DNA of 63,134 nt, filler included. It is 9 parts of 9 records of this genome, joined end to end, with 100 filler letters (N's around TTAATTAATTAA, not from the genome) between each part and the next. Parts side by side here need not be neighbours in the genome. Positions count along the whole stretch, not along the records: positions 28,601 to 35,634 come from SRR31147125_112066; positions 35,735 to 41,600 come from SRR31147125_112142; 7 more parts are not named here. The stretch is one strand, 5' to 3'. Each line of letters opens with the position of its first letter. Position 1 is the stretch's first letter. Shown piece after piece: positions 28,833-38,799 of the stretch. The notes under the pieces were generated by a model. That model saw only the letters and a program-made list of their open reading frames with translations, was not told where the DNA came from and made no database searches. A program made the position numbers and the translations under genes.

Positions 28833-29591
28833 CTATGCCAGCATTCCACCATCACAGGTGACACAGCTGCCCGTTGTATAGGATGACGCATCAGATACCA
28901 GGAACAGCACCGCCCCGGCCATCTCACCGGGTTCGGCAATGCGTCCCATTGGAACCTTAGCCAACGCCATATTCTTGATCTCTTCGTTCTGGGTGATGGC
29001 ACTGGCGAACTGGGTATCGGTGAGGCCAGGCAGCAACGCGTTGACCCGGATATTGAATTTTGCCAGCTCCGTGGCATAGGCACGCGTCATGGTGATGAGC
29101 CCTGCTTTGGTGATGGAGTAGATTCCCTGGAACAGGGTCGGCTGCACGCCGTTGACGGACGACACATTGACAATGGCCCCCCCACCGCTTTTTTGCATCA
29201 GCGTTGCTCCATACTGGATCATGAAGAACGGCCCCTTTAAATTGACATCACAGGTTTTGTCCCAGGCCCGCTCTTCAGCATTGATCATCTCACCGAAATA
29301 GGGGTTGGCTGCGGCATTGTTGATGAGAATATCCAGCTTGCCGTAGGTTTTTTCCACCGTCTCCATCAGCTCACGGATTTGATCCATATTTCCGGTATTG
29401 CAGGTTATGGATGCGGCTTTTCCTCCAGCTTCCGTGATTTTTTGCTCCACTGGTGCCAATCCTTCAGGTTTTCGACTCACCAGGATGCAGTGGGCCCCCT
29501 GCTTGGCAAGACATTTGGCGATGGCCTCTCCAATTCCCCGGCTGGCACCGGTGATCAGCGCGATTTTTCCTTTCAATGAAAATTGTTCCAT
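28833..29591 (-). CDS. SDR oxidoreductase (DHRS4-like)
   Basis: TGASRGIG, NNAAANPYFG, YSITK, PGLTDT. Confidence 0.92.
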   Translation of the reverse strand: MEQFSLKGKIALITGASRGIGEAIAKCLAKQGAHCILVSRKPEGLAPVEQKITEAGGKAASITCNTGNMDQIRELMETVEKTYGKLDILINNAAANPYFGEMINAEERAWDKTCDVNLKGPFFMIQYGATLMQKSGGGAIVNVSSVNGVQPTLFQGIYSITKAGLITMTRAYATELAKFNIRVNALLPGLTDTQFASAITQNEEIKNMALAKVPMGRIAEPGEMAGAVLFLVSDASSYTTGSCVTCDGGMLA

Positions 29592-29642
29592 ACTTGACTT
29601 TTCCTTTCTTTGCATTTCTAAGAGTTGATTGGGAGGCTCAAA

Positions 29643-30716
29643 TTACAACCGGGAATTTTTCATGAGCGCCAAAACCCGCTGTTCCAAAATCCGAACGCCG
29701 TGGATCAGCATGTCGAATCGCTCATCTTTGGTGAGCCCTTTGTGGAACCGTTGATAGATCTGCTGGGCGATGACCGCCAGACGAAACAGACCGAAGCACT
29801 TAAAGAAGTCGAACGTCGACATATCCCGTCCACTCTTTGCTCCGTACATGTCGATGAGTTCTTGACGTGTCATGGCACCGTCCATATCCGTCGGCATGGT
29901 TTTCATGACCTGCCATGATCCGGGATCGTCTTTTTCGATCCAGTAGGCAAGGGAGCAGCCCAAATCCATGAGCGGATCGCCGATGGTGGTCATCTCCCAG
30001 TCCAGTACCCCGGTGATTTCCGTGGAATTGTCCGGATTCAGCACCACATTGTCGAACTTGTAGTCGTTGTGAATCAGAGTCGGTGTATCGGTATCCGGAG
30101 GCATTTTGTCGGCGAGCCACGTCATAACGGTCTCGAAATCCGGTGCATCCGGTGTTTTGGCGTTTCGGTATCGACCGCTCCATCCCTCAACTTGCCTTTG
30201 AATATACCCTTGGGGCTTTCCGATAAAATCGAGCGTCGATTCCCGGAGATCCAGTTCATGAAGTTTCAGGTGAAGATCAATGAGGTTGCAGCACAATTGC
30301 CGCGCTTGATCCTGAGAAAATGTAACGCCTTCCGGCAGATCTTTTCTCAGGATGATGCCGGAGAGTTTTTCCATCACATAAAATGGTGCGCCCATGACGG
30401 CGTCATCTTCAGAGTAGGCAAGGGGCTTTGGGCAGTAAGGGAATTGGGGATGGATGGCGCTGAGCATGCGATACTCCCGCACCATATCGTGGGCGCTTTT
30501 GATCTTTGCACCAATGGGCGGACGCCGCAGCACCATTTCCCGATCTCCCATTTTCACAAGATAGGTGAGATTGGAAAATCCGCCGGGATATTGCGCGATC
30601 GTCAAATGGTCGGAGGGGGAAAGATCCGGAATCCGTTCAATCAGAAACGATTTCACCGTAGGGATGTCCAACTCTTCCCCCTGGCGGACGGTGACGGTAT
30701 TGTCGTATGAGGTCAT
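29643..30716 (-). CDS. Phosphotransferase (APH family, ACAD10/11 kinase-domain / LvaA-like)
   Basis: GGFSNLTY, VLRRPP, AHDMVREY, LIHNDYKFDN, VLDWEM, GDPLMDLG. Confidence 0.9.
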   Translation of the reverse strand: MTSYDNTVTVRQGEELDIPTVKSFLIERIPDLSPSDHLTIAQYPGGFSNLTYLVKMGDREMVLRRPPIGAKIKSAHDMVREYRMLSAIHPQFPYCPKPLAYSEDDAVMGAPFYVMEKLSGIILRKDLPEGVTFSQDQARQLCCNLIDLHLKLHELDLRESTLDFIGKPQGYIQRQVEGWSGRYRNAKTPDAPDFETVMTWLADKMPPDTDTPTLIHNDYKFDNVVLNPDNSTEITGVLDWEMTTIGDPLMDLGCSLAYWIEKDDPGSWQVMKTMPTDMDGAMTRQELIDMYGAKSGRDMSTFDFFKCFGLFRLAVIAQQIYQRFHKGLTKDERFDMLIHGVRILEQRVLALMKNSRL

Positions 30717-30842
30717 GACTGTTCTCTCCTAAATCATTAGATATGAACCTGTTGATCAAGTCCGGTAGTGCCTCAAGATCGTGTTCCCACCCCTGTGGAT
30801 GACTTTCAAAAAGCGTATCGCGTCAGGAAAGTCGTCTCATCA

Positions 30843-31565
30843 TCAGAGCGACGGATTTGGGTCGGCTTCAACCAGACAAAAAGACTCCGTGAACTGAAGC
30901 AGATACTCGGTATACGTATCCACGGAGATGCCTCTTTTTTTGTATTTCCACCGTTTGAGATACCAATCCTGCTGCATGGCCTTGATCAAAGAGGCGGTGA
31001 GCAGATGGTTGCAGCTTCGAAAATCTCCCTTGTTCTCTCCATCTTCAAGGATTCGTACCAGCATCTTCTCGGTAAACACCTCCATGGTGAGGACGGCGTC
31101 CAGGGCGCTCTGGGTCAGGTTTTTGGCCTCCATAAAAGTAAAGTAGAACCATGGGCGGGCCGCTTCACTCAAAAACAGATGCGCTTTGATGATGGTGCGC
31201 AGCTGATCCGGCGGAGAGGCGTCGGGCTCCAAAAAGCGCTCAAACATGCTTTGAATCATGGCACTGCTGCGTTTCTGGATAATGGCCAACAACTCTTCCT
31301 TTCCGGAAAAGTAACCATAAAGTGCTCCCAGGCTCATGTGGGTTCGGCGGCTCAGATCCCGCATGGTCATGGCCTGGAATCCCTTTTCATAGGTGATATC
31401 GAACACGGCGGTAATGATTTTCTCGAAATTCCTGACTGCGGTGGCCTCTTTTTTAATCCGGATTCTTTCCTGATTTTCCAGATAGAGTTCCTGATAGACC
31501 GTATCCATAAAGCTGTCGGCAAGGGGCTTGAATTCCGGGTAGGTCATTTCAAGTAATGATTTCAA
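30843..31565 (-). CDS. TetR/AcrR-family transcriptional regulator
   Basis: KGFQAMTMRDLSRRTHMSLGALYGYFSGKEELL HTH. Confidence 0.9.
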   Translation of the reverse strand: MKSLLEMTYPEFKPLADSFMDTVYQELYLENQERIRIKKEATAVRNFEKIITAVFDITYEKGFQAMTMRDLSRRTHMSLGALYGYFSGKEELLAIIQKRSSAMIQSMFERFLEPDASPPDQLRTIIKAHLFLSEAARPWFYFTFMEAKNLTQSALDAVLTMEVFTEKMLVRILEDGENKGDFRSCNHLLTASLIKAMQQDWYLKRWKYKKRGISVDTYTEYLLQFTESFCLVEADPNPSL

Positions 31566-31580
31566 ATGCGTTTTTACCTT

Positions 31581-32339
31581 TCATTTCACGCTCTTGTTTT
31601 GCATATGCATTCCAAAGGCCATCATCATCTGGTTTCGATCTTCCATCTGGAGAACCGCCTCAAGTCCGCCCGCATCGATATTGATGTTGAGGGCCTCTTT
31701 GGTCATGCGAATTCCCAGGGGATTTTTGCTGCACATCACTGCGGCAAGTTCTTCGGCGGTTTGTTTCATCTCATCTCTTGCGACCCGTCTGCTGCCGAAT
31801 CCCAATGACATGGCCGCTTCATCGTCCATCCAGTTGCCGGTCAGCAGAAATTCGTTGGCTCTGCCCGATCCGATGAGCCGGGGTAGAAAGTAGCTGGATG
31901 CCATGTCCGCACCACCGAGCCCGATGTTGATGTAGGCGGCGGAAAACTTGGCACCATGGGCCAGAATCCGGATGTCCGAGGCCATGGCAAGGGAGAATCC
32001 GATTCCGGCAGCCGCACCGTGGATGCAACTGATGACGGGCTGGGGAATGCGCCGAAGTCCCAGCATCATCCGTGAGAGGCGAGCCTGGGCAGTGTAGGCA
32101 TCGCTAGGCTTCATGTTGAAAATGGCCGGACCGAAGGTTTTCATGTCCAGCCCTGCGCAAAACCCTTTGGCTTTTCCGCCGTCCAGGATGATGACCCGGA
32201 CGGTTTCATCATACATTCGATGGTTGAGAAATGTCTCGAATTGAATCAGCATCTCTTCGTCAAAAGCGTTGTAATCCTCGGGCCGGTTGAGGGTCAGATA
32301 GCCGATGTGCTCTTCTTGTTTAAAAATGAGTCGATCCAT
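31581..32339 (-). CDS. Enoyl-CoA hydratase/isomerase
   Basis: LTLNRPEDYNA, FCAGLD, PVISCIHGAAAGIG, LAMASDIR. Confidence 0.9.
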   Translation of the reverse strand: MDRLIFKQEEHIGYLTLNRPEDYNAFDEEMLIQFETFLNHRMYDETVRVIILDGGKAKGFCAGLDMKTFGPAIFNMKPSDAYTAQARLSRMMLGLRRIPQPVISCIHGAAAGIGFSLAMASDIRILAHGAKFSAAYINIGLGGADMASSYFLPRLIGSGRANEFLLTGNWMDDEAAMSLGFGSRRVARDEMKQTAEELAAVMCSKNPLGIRMTKEALNINIDAGGLEAVLQMEDRNQMMMAFGMHMQNKSVK

Positions 32340-32508
32340 GGCATGGGCTCCTTCAATTATTATGAAAAACCTCATGTGCATTGGTTTGAGGATTTTCATG
32401 GTGTGTTGTAACAGTCGGCCTGACATGGCCGTTGTTTAAAAATGGGCAATCCGGAACCCGGAATAAAGGGGTGACTTCGGGTGTTTTGGGGTGCCCACGG
32501 GGGGAATG

Positions 32509-34532
32509 TTAAGCAAAATACTCTTCGGGCATGGTGACGGTCAGATCGTCACCGTCGGTGAGACGGGCGGCAAGCGCGTTTATCTTCGGCAATTCATAGC
32601 GAAAGAAATAATTCATGGTGTAGAGCTTGCCTTCATAAAAACAGCGCTCTTTTTCGGTTTTCCTGGGAGGCTTGGAAAGGCTTCTTTTGGGTTCCGGGGC
32701 TTCGGTTTCCAGCCGGGAAAGGGCTTCAACCGCTTTGGTACCTTGGAGCAACCACTGCCATGCAATGGCGGTAATCCCGAAAAATTCCAGAAAGAGGGTC
32801 GCATCGGCAAGAAAACAGGCGACGCCCTTTTTTTGAGCCGCGCTGAAAAGCGTGTTGCCGGTTTTCTCCAGAAGGTGCATGGCTTCCGTCAGTTTCTCCA
32901 CCGGAAATGCAAGAACGTTCCCATTGAATCCTTTTTTTCTTCGGCTTTTTGACAGAGTTGATCCGCCTTGTAAATGGCATTTTGCAGTTCCGCCATGAAA
33001 AGAAGGGCGGCCTTGCCGTTTTCCATCATCAATTTTCTTCCCAGTAGATCCATTCCCTGGATGCCGGTGGTCCCTTCATGGATGGGATGAATCCGGGCAT
33101 CCCGGAAATATTGCTCGATGGGGAAATCATCACAATAGCCGTATCCGCCAAAGCACTGCAGGGCATGGCTCACGGCATGGATTCCCTGCTCCGACGGCCA
33201 GCTTTTAGCCACCGGAGTAAGTAGATCCAATAGCAGCGCGTATTTTTCTTTCTCTTCACCGGCGGTCACCTTTTCGAGATCGGCATAACGACAGCATTGT
33301 AGAATCAGAGAAAATGCCCCCTCAACCACGGCTTTTTGAAACAACAGCATTCGTTTCACATCGGCGTGGTTGATAATGGGAACTTGCGGAGACAACGGAT
33401 CTTTTCCATCTACGGCTCTACCTTGGGGCCTATTGGAGGCGTAATCCAGTGCGGCATGGTAGGCGGCCGATGCAATGGCGGTGGCGCCAAGTCCCACGCC
33501 GAGGCGGGCTTCGTTCATCATTTGAAACATCTGAATGAGCCCTCTGCCCGGCTCACCCACCAGCCATCCGAAGCAGTCGTCGTTGTCGCCCATGGAAAGT
33601 TCCGTAATGGGTGCACCGCGATACCCTAATTTGTGATAGATTCCTGCGGTTTTCACATCATTGAGGATAAGATCTCCGGTCAATTTTTCGGATGTCGGGC
33701 CGGATTCGGACTTAGATTCAGATATGGGGGCAAATTCAGAGCCGGATTTCGATTCTAATCCGAATTCTGAAATCGACTTCCTCAACCGTTTCTTGGGAAC
33801 CACAAACAGCGAAATTCCTTTTACCCCCGGAGGGGCCCCTTCGATGCGGGCCAGCATCAAGTGGATGATGTTTTCCACGCCGTCATGATCCCCGGCGGAG
33901 ATAAAGGTCTTTTGGCCTTTTATTTTATAGACGTTGCCGGAATGGATGCCGGCCTTTGAAAGCGTGTCGTCCGGCATTGCGGGGGAAATGGGAAACGCGG
34001 TGGTGGTGATGTCGGAAAGGGAGCTTCCTGCCTGGGGTTCGGTGAGGGCCATGGTGCCTTGCCATTTCCCCTCGAGCATGGACGGGACGTAGGTGTCGAT
34101 CAGTGCTTTGGATCCGAATGTCGTGATAAGCTGTGCGGCACCGGCGGATAGTTCCGGGTAGACACTGGCTGAATAGTTGGCCGCGGCAAAAATGAATCGA
34201 TATATGGCCGTGATGCAGACCGGCAGTTGATCGCCGTCATGGGATTCAGAGAATCCGGCGGAAATCCATCCCCCCTCGCCATACGCTTTCATCAGTTTCT
34301 TCACCATGGGATGCACGTTGACCCTGCCGTTTTCAAAAATCGGCGGCTTTTGATCCATCTCACGGAGCAGGGGATGGAGTTCCTTTTCAGCCAGTTTCAA
34401 CGCCGCATCCACGACCATTTGAAGCACTTTTTCGTTGTGCTCTGCATAGTATGGATATTGCGTCAATCCGTTGACATCGAACACCTCATTCATCATGAAG
34501 CGGATATTTATTTCATTTACAAATTTAGCCAT
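32509..34532 (-). CDS. Long-type acyl-CoA dehydrogenase (FadE5/DmdC-like), frameshift near 32906
   Basis: GTMALTEPQAGS, KGISLFVVPK, MFQMMNEARLGVG, FGGYGY, IHEGTTGIQGMDLLGRK. The C-terminal domain (ADATLFLEFFG..AWQWL) is in the next frame. Confidence 0.9.
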
Positions 34533-34673
34533 GGGGGTCTCCGGAGTTTTAAAAAATAGTAATCGTGGACGAATCATCGGGGACTGGTTTATGCGGGAGG
34601 GTATTTTTTAACCGGTTTTAAACTTTACCCCTAAAGATCGTTCCTCGAAATTGAAAGCGTTTCCAACGGTTTT

Positions 34674-35634
34674 TCATCGATACTGTTTGAGAATACGTTT
34701 GGCCAGGGCGGTTTTGTGTACTTCATCGGCGCCGTCGTAAATTCGGGCGGCCCGCTCATGACTGTAGAAAAAAGCAAGAATGGTGTCGTCGGTCATGCCC
34801 AGGCCTCCATGCACCTGAAGTGCGCGATCCACCACCCGGTTCATGGTGTTGGCCACGACAAATTTGATCTTGGAGATGGAATCACGCGCGTTGGATGCCC
34901 CGACATTGTCTATCTGCCAGGCGGTATGGAGGGTCATGAGTCTTGCCGCTTCGATTTCGGCGGCGGATTCCGCCACCCAGTTTTGGATGGTCTGACGGGT
35001 AGCCAGGGTTTTGCCGTCCGGCGAGATGACCCGTTCGTTGGCGCGTCGGCACATGAGATCAAATGCCCTGGCGCAAATGCCCAGCCACCGCATGCAGTGA
35101 TGAATCCGTCCCGGGCCCAGTCGATCCTGAGCCATGACAAATCCCTGTCCCTCTTCCCCAAGCAGGTTGCTTTGGGGAACCCGGCATGACTGATAGAGAA
35201 TTTCGCCGTGGCTGAAATAGTCGTCCCCTTCATGCCCCATGACCGGGATGTTTCTTACCAGATTGAATCCCGGCGTGTCCGTCGGTACAATGATCATACT
35301 GGCCTGGAGGTATTTGGGGGTATCCGGATTGGTAACGGCCATGACAATGGCAAATTGTGAGCCGTCTGCTGCAGTGGTGTACCATTTATGACCATTGATG
35401 ACGTAGTCGGAACCATCCTTTACCGCAGTACATTCCAGCATCACGGGATTGGAGCCGGGCATGTCCACTTCGGTCATGGAAAAGCAGCTTCGGATTTTTC
35501 CTTGAACCAGCGGTTTCAGGTAGGTTTCCTTTTGTTCCTCTGTGCCGTACATGTGAAGGATCTCCACATTGCCGGCGTCCGGCGCTTGGGCCCAGAACAC
35601 GTAATGGCCCAGGGGAGAGCGGCCCAATGCCTCG
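34674..35634 (-). CDS. Acyl-CoA dehydrogenase, ACAD10/11 / LvaC type (5'-truncated)
   Basis: APDAGNVEIL, RSCFSMTE, AQDRLGPGRIHHCMRW, RAARIYDGADEVHK. Confidence 0.9.
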
Positions 35635-35734
35635 NNNNNNNNNNNNNNNNNNNNNNNNNNNNNNNNNNNNNNNNNNNNTTAATTAATTAANNNNNNNNNN
35701 NNNNNNNNNNNNNNNNNNNNNNNNNNNNNNNNNN

Positions 35735-35997
35735 TTTTTTTCGATCGTGGGGGTCCGACGATCAACGGCAGGTCGGGAAGACGTTGCCGTGGTCGCTGTT
35801 TTCAAGGATACCATGCTGACATTGATCACCGATCGAGCCGGCGGCGTTTCAAAACGCAGGCTGGGAGTGAAGGCAACCAGCACCAAGAAAACGATATGGC
35901 AGATCAGCGAAACGACCAGGGGATAAACCAGGGCTTTCTGACCATCACCATTCAGGTCTCGAAGGAAAGCGCCCGGAACGCGAAGGTTCTTGTTCAT
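35735..35997 (-). CDS. tolA: TolA/TonB-family protein, N-terminal part
   Basis: TM with SLICH (SxxxH) motif; start overlaps the tolR stop (TGATG). Confidence 0.7.
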
Positions 35998-36436
35998 CAG
36001 CCGTTCTTACCAGAGGGCGTCCCGCTTTTCTGGTCATCGAACGGATCGGTCACCATGCCCAGCTTCTCCACGCCGGCGGCCTTGATTTCCGCCATCACGG
36101 AAACCACCACGCCATAGGAGACGTCCCTATCGGCTCGAAAAAGACCTCCCTATCGCTTTTTCCCTGCAGGATATTTTCCAGTTTTTCACCGAGGGAATCC
36201 ATTCGGACCTGAAAATCGTTAATGTAAATATTTGCCTCACGGTCGATGGTCACGGTAAGATTTTCCTTCTCGGTCACCATGGCCTTGGCACTCACCTCCG
36301 GCAAGGCCACATCGACGCCCTGGACCATCATGGGCGCCGTCACCATAAAAATAATAAGCAGCACCAGCATCACGTCCACGAATGGCGTTACATTGATGTC
36401 CGACATGAGCCGGTCACTGCCACTGCCGATTGCCAT
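35997..36436 (-). CDS. tolR: TolR (frameshift in A-run near 36140)
   Basis: INVTPFVDVMLVLLIIFMVTAPM; the shifted frame continues RADRDVSYGVVVSVMAEIKAAGVEKLGMVT. Confidence 0.9.
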
Positions 36437-36447
36437 GGGGCCTCCTT

Positions 36448-37161
36448 TTATCTCAAGATATCACGGTCGAGAATATTCAGAAAGTCGGCTGAAAAACTGT
36501 GCAACTCGGTCTCGATCACGCGGATTTTCTGCATAAAATGGTTAAACGCGATGACGGCCGGAATGGCCACGGCCAGTCCGGCGGCCGTGGCGATCAACGC
36601 CTCCGATATGCCTGGAGCGACAACGGCCAGGCTGGCCGAACCGCGCTGGCCAATCCCATGAAAAGAATTCATAATCCCCCATACGGTGCCGAACAGACCG
36701 ATAAACGGCGTGGTGTTGCCGGTGGTGGCCAGAAAAGGAACCATCTGTGTCAGACGCGTCATCTCCGTGTTGGTGGCCCGTCTCAAGGCCCGCTTAACAT
36801 TGGCGCTGCCCGAGAATTCATATTTCAGGGACGGTTTCTCTTCTTCGGCCTCCTGGCCATCACCCGGTTTGCCACTGGGGTTGAGCTTGCGCAGTTCGGC
36901 ATAACCGATTCTGAAAATACGAGCCACCGGGCTGCCGTCAAGTTGTTTGGCCTTCGTGAAAGCACTGGCCAAATCCCTGCTTTTCCAGAAGTAATCGATG
37001 AAAATGTCCGACTCCCTGAATGCCTTGCGGACATACCGAATCTTGATGATGATAATGGCCCAGGACATGACCGAAAAAAACAACAGCATAAGCAGCACAA
37101 ACTTCACCATCAGGCTGGCATTACTGATGATGTGAATGTAATCCATCTGGGCAGGCGCCAT
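36448..37161 (-). CDS. tolQ: TolQ
   Basis: FLATTGNTTPFIGLFGTVWGIM, VAPGISEALIATAAGLAVAIPA. Confidence 0.93.
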   Translation of the reverse strand: MAPAQMDYIHIISNASLMVKFVLLMLLFFSVMSWAIIIIKIRYVRKAFRESDIFIDYFWKSRDLASAFTKAKQLDGSPVARIFRIGYAELRKLNPSGKPGDGQEAEEEKPSLKYEFSGSANVKRALRRATNTEMTRLTQMVPFLATTGNTTPFIGLFGTVWGIMNSFHGIGQRGSASLAVVAPGISEALIATAAGLAVAIPAVIAFNHFMQKIRVIETELHSFSADFLNILDRDILR

Positions 37162-37406
37162 ATCTATCTCTCCACGATTAAGGCTCGAACGGTCTTGGTT
37201 GACGTTGCGGACAACGGCTTAATAGGCATAGTGGTTCGCAACCCCTTGAAAAACGTTCTATATAACTATACAAGCCACCTAATGGTGTCAAGCAGTTTGA
37301 CATTTGAAAGCGGCACGGTTCAAGGCTTTGCGCCTTGTCGGCCGCCTTTCACTCGTGCCCATCCATGGCGGACACGGATACTATGAGATGAGAAAGAAGA
37401 GGATAG

Positions 37407-37979
37407 ATGATGAATCGCGTCACCGAGTTCCTTTTTGAAACCATGCTTCTCAAACGCGTGCATCGTACCGGCTATCAGTTTCTGGGGCCGGGAAAAGAGT
37501 CCGTCGCCGAACACACCTTTGGTGTCATGTGCATTGCCTGGACCCTGGCCCAGTTGACCCCGGATGCGGACCAAAGCCGTTTGTTGTCCATGTGTCTGGT
37601 CCACGACTTACCCGAGGCTCGCATGGGAGACATTAATTATGTTCAAAGACAATATGTTATCGCAAACGAGAAATTGGCTGTGGACCATATGACCAAGGAT
37701 CTGCCATTCGCACAGCAGCTCGAAGCGCTGATCGATGAATTCAATGCCGGCGAGACCCTCGAAGCCCGGCTGGCCCTAGATGCCGACCAATTGGCCTTTT
37801 TACTGGATCTCAAGGCCCTTTCCGATATGGGGTACGCGGCACCCCACAAATGGGCGGAGCATGTCCGCGAGCGCCTCCAGACCCCGGCCGGAAAAGAACT
37901 TGCGGATAGTATCGCACGGACTGAATGGGATTCATGGTGGCTTAAAATTTTTATTGACAGAAAGAAGCCTGAGCAATAA
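37407..37979 (+). CDS. HD-domain hydrolase (YfbR-like 5'-deoxynucleotidase family)
   Basis: RTGY, ESVAEHT, HDLPEARMGD, DADQL. Confidence 0.85.
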   Translation: MMNRVTEFLFETMLLKRVHRTGYQFLGPGKESVAEHTFGVMCIAWTLAQLTPDADQSRLLSMCLVHDLPEARMGDINYVQRQYVIANEKLAVDHMTKDLPFAQQLEALIDEFNAGETLEARLALDADQLAFLLDLKALSDMGYAAPHKWAEHVRERLQTPAGKELADSIARTEWDSWWLKIFIDRKKPEQ

Positions 37980-38087
37980 GTACTGATCCTTGTTCATTAA
38001 TTTCTTGACATTCTGCGACCAACGCGTTTCAGCGTTTATCGAGTATAAATTCTTGGCACTTGGCAATCGCAAAAAAGGGAGGCAACG

Positions 38088-38729
38088 ATGAACTGGATTA
38101 CCGGCACGCTGGGGTCGTCCATCGGTAAAAAGCTGATGATGGCCATAACGGGATTTAGCTTCTGCGGGTTCCTTACCGCGCATTTGGCAGGCAACCTGAC
38201 CATCTACGGGGGCAAAGAGGCGTTCAATAGCTACGCCGCCCACCTGCATGCCCTCGGGCCACTGTTAACCGTGGCCGAACTGGGTCTGTTGACCTTTGGT
38301 CTGGTTCACGTGATTACCGGATTGACGCTTTTTCTGGGGAACCTCAAAGCCCGCCCGGTAAGATATGCGGTCAACAAATCGGCGGGGGGCCGCACCCTCG
38401 GATCGTTAACCATGCCTTACACCGGAGCCGTTTTACTGGCGTTTATCATTTTCCATCTGATAAATTTTCATTTTGTGGATAAAACCAACACCACGATCTT
38501 CACCATCGTCTCCAGTGCATTCACCAATCCAGGATACGTGGTGATCTATATTATCGCCATGATCGCCGCCGCCATCCATGTCAGCCACGGATTTTGGAGC
38601 GCCTTTCAAACGGTCGGGGCCAATCACCCCAAGTACATGCCGTCGATCCGGACGCTCAGTATCGTCTTTGCGGTCGTCGTGGGCGTCGGTTTCGGCTTTC
38701 TTCCCATTTACATTTTCCTGCTGGCCTGA
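38088..38729 (+). CDS. sdhC: Succinate dehydrogenase/fumarate reductase cytochrome b subunit
   Basis: SSIGKKLMMAITG, HLAGNL, five TM helices with heme His, HGFWSAFQTVG. Confidence 0.92.
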   Translation: MNWITGTLGSSIGKKLMMAITGFSFCGFLTAHLAGNLTIYGGKEAFNSYAAHLHALGPLLTVAELGLLTFGLVHVITGLTLFLGNLKARPVRYAVNKSAGGRTLGSLTMPYTGAVLLAFIIFHLINFHFVDKTNTTIFTIVSSAFTNPGYVVIYIIAMIAAAIHVSHGFWSAFQTVGANHPKYMPSIRTLSIVFAVVVGVGFGFLPIYIFLLA

Positions 38730-38799
38730 TCGGGTTTCGGCCAAACGCTAACCAAAACGACGGGTTATCAACCACCAACCTGTCCAGAAAGGAAATACC

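Noticed and set aside
30768..31556. Long antisense ORFs (30768-31556, 36499-37386, 39627-40817, 7852-8529, 56981-57607)
   Set aside because: They are shadows of well-supported genes on the opposite strand and carry no recognisable motifs.
37407..37979. HD-domain gene as a defence or signalling nuclease
   Set aside because: It is a stand-alone YfbR-like nucleotidase between housekeeping tol and sdh operons, with no defence partners.
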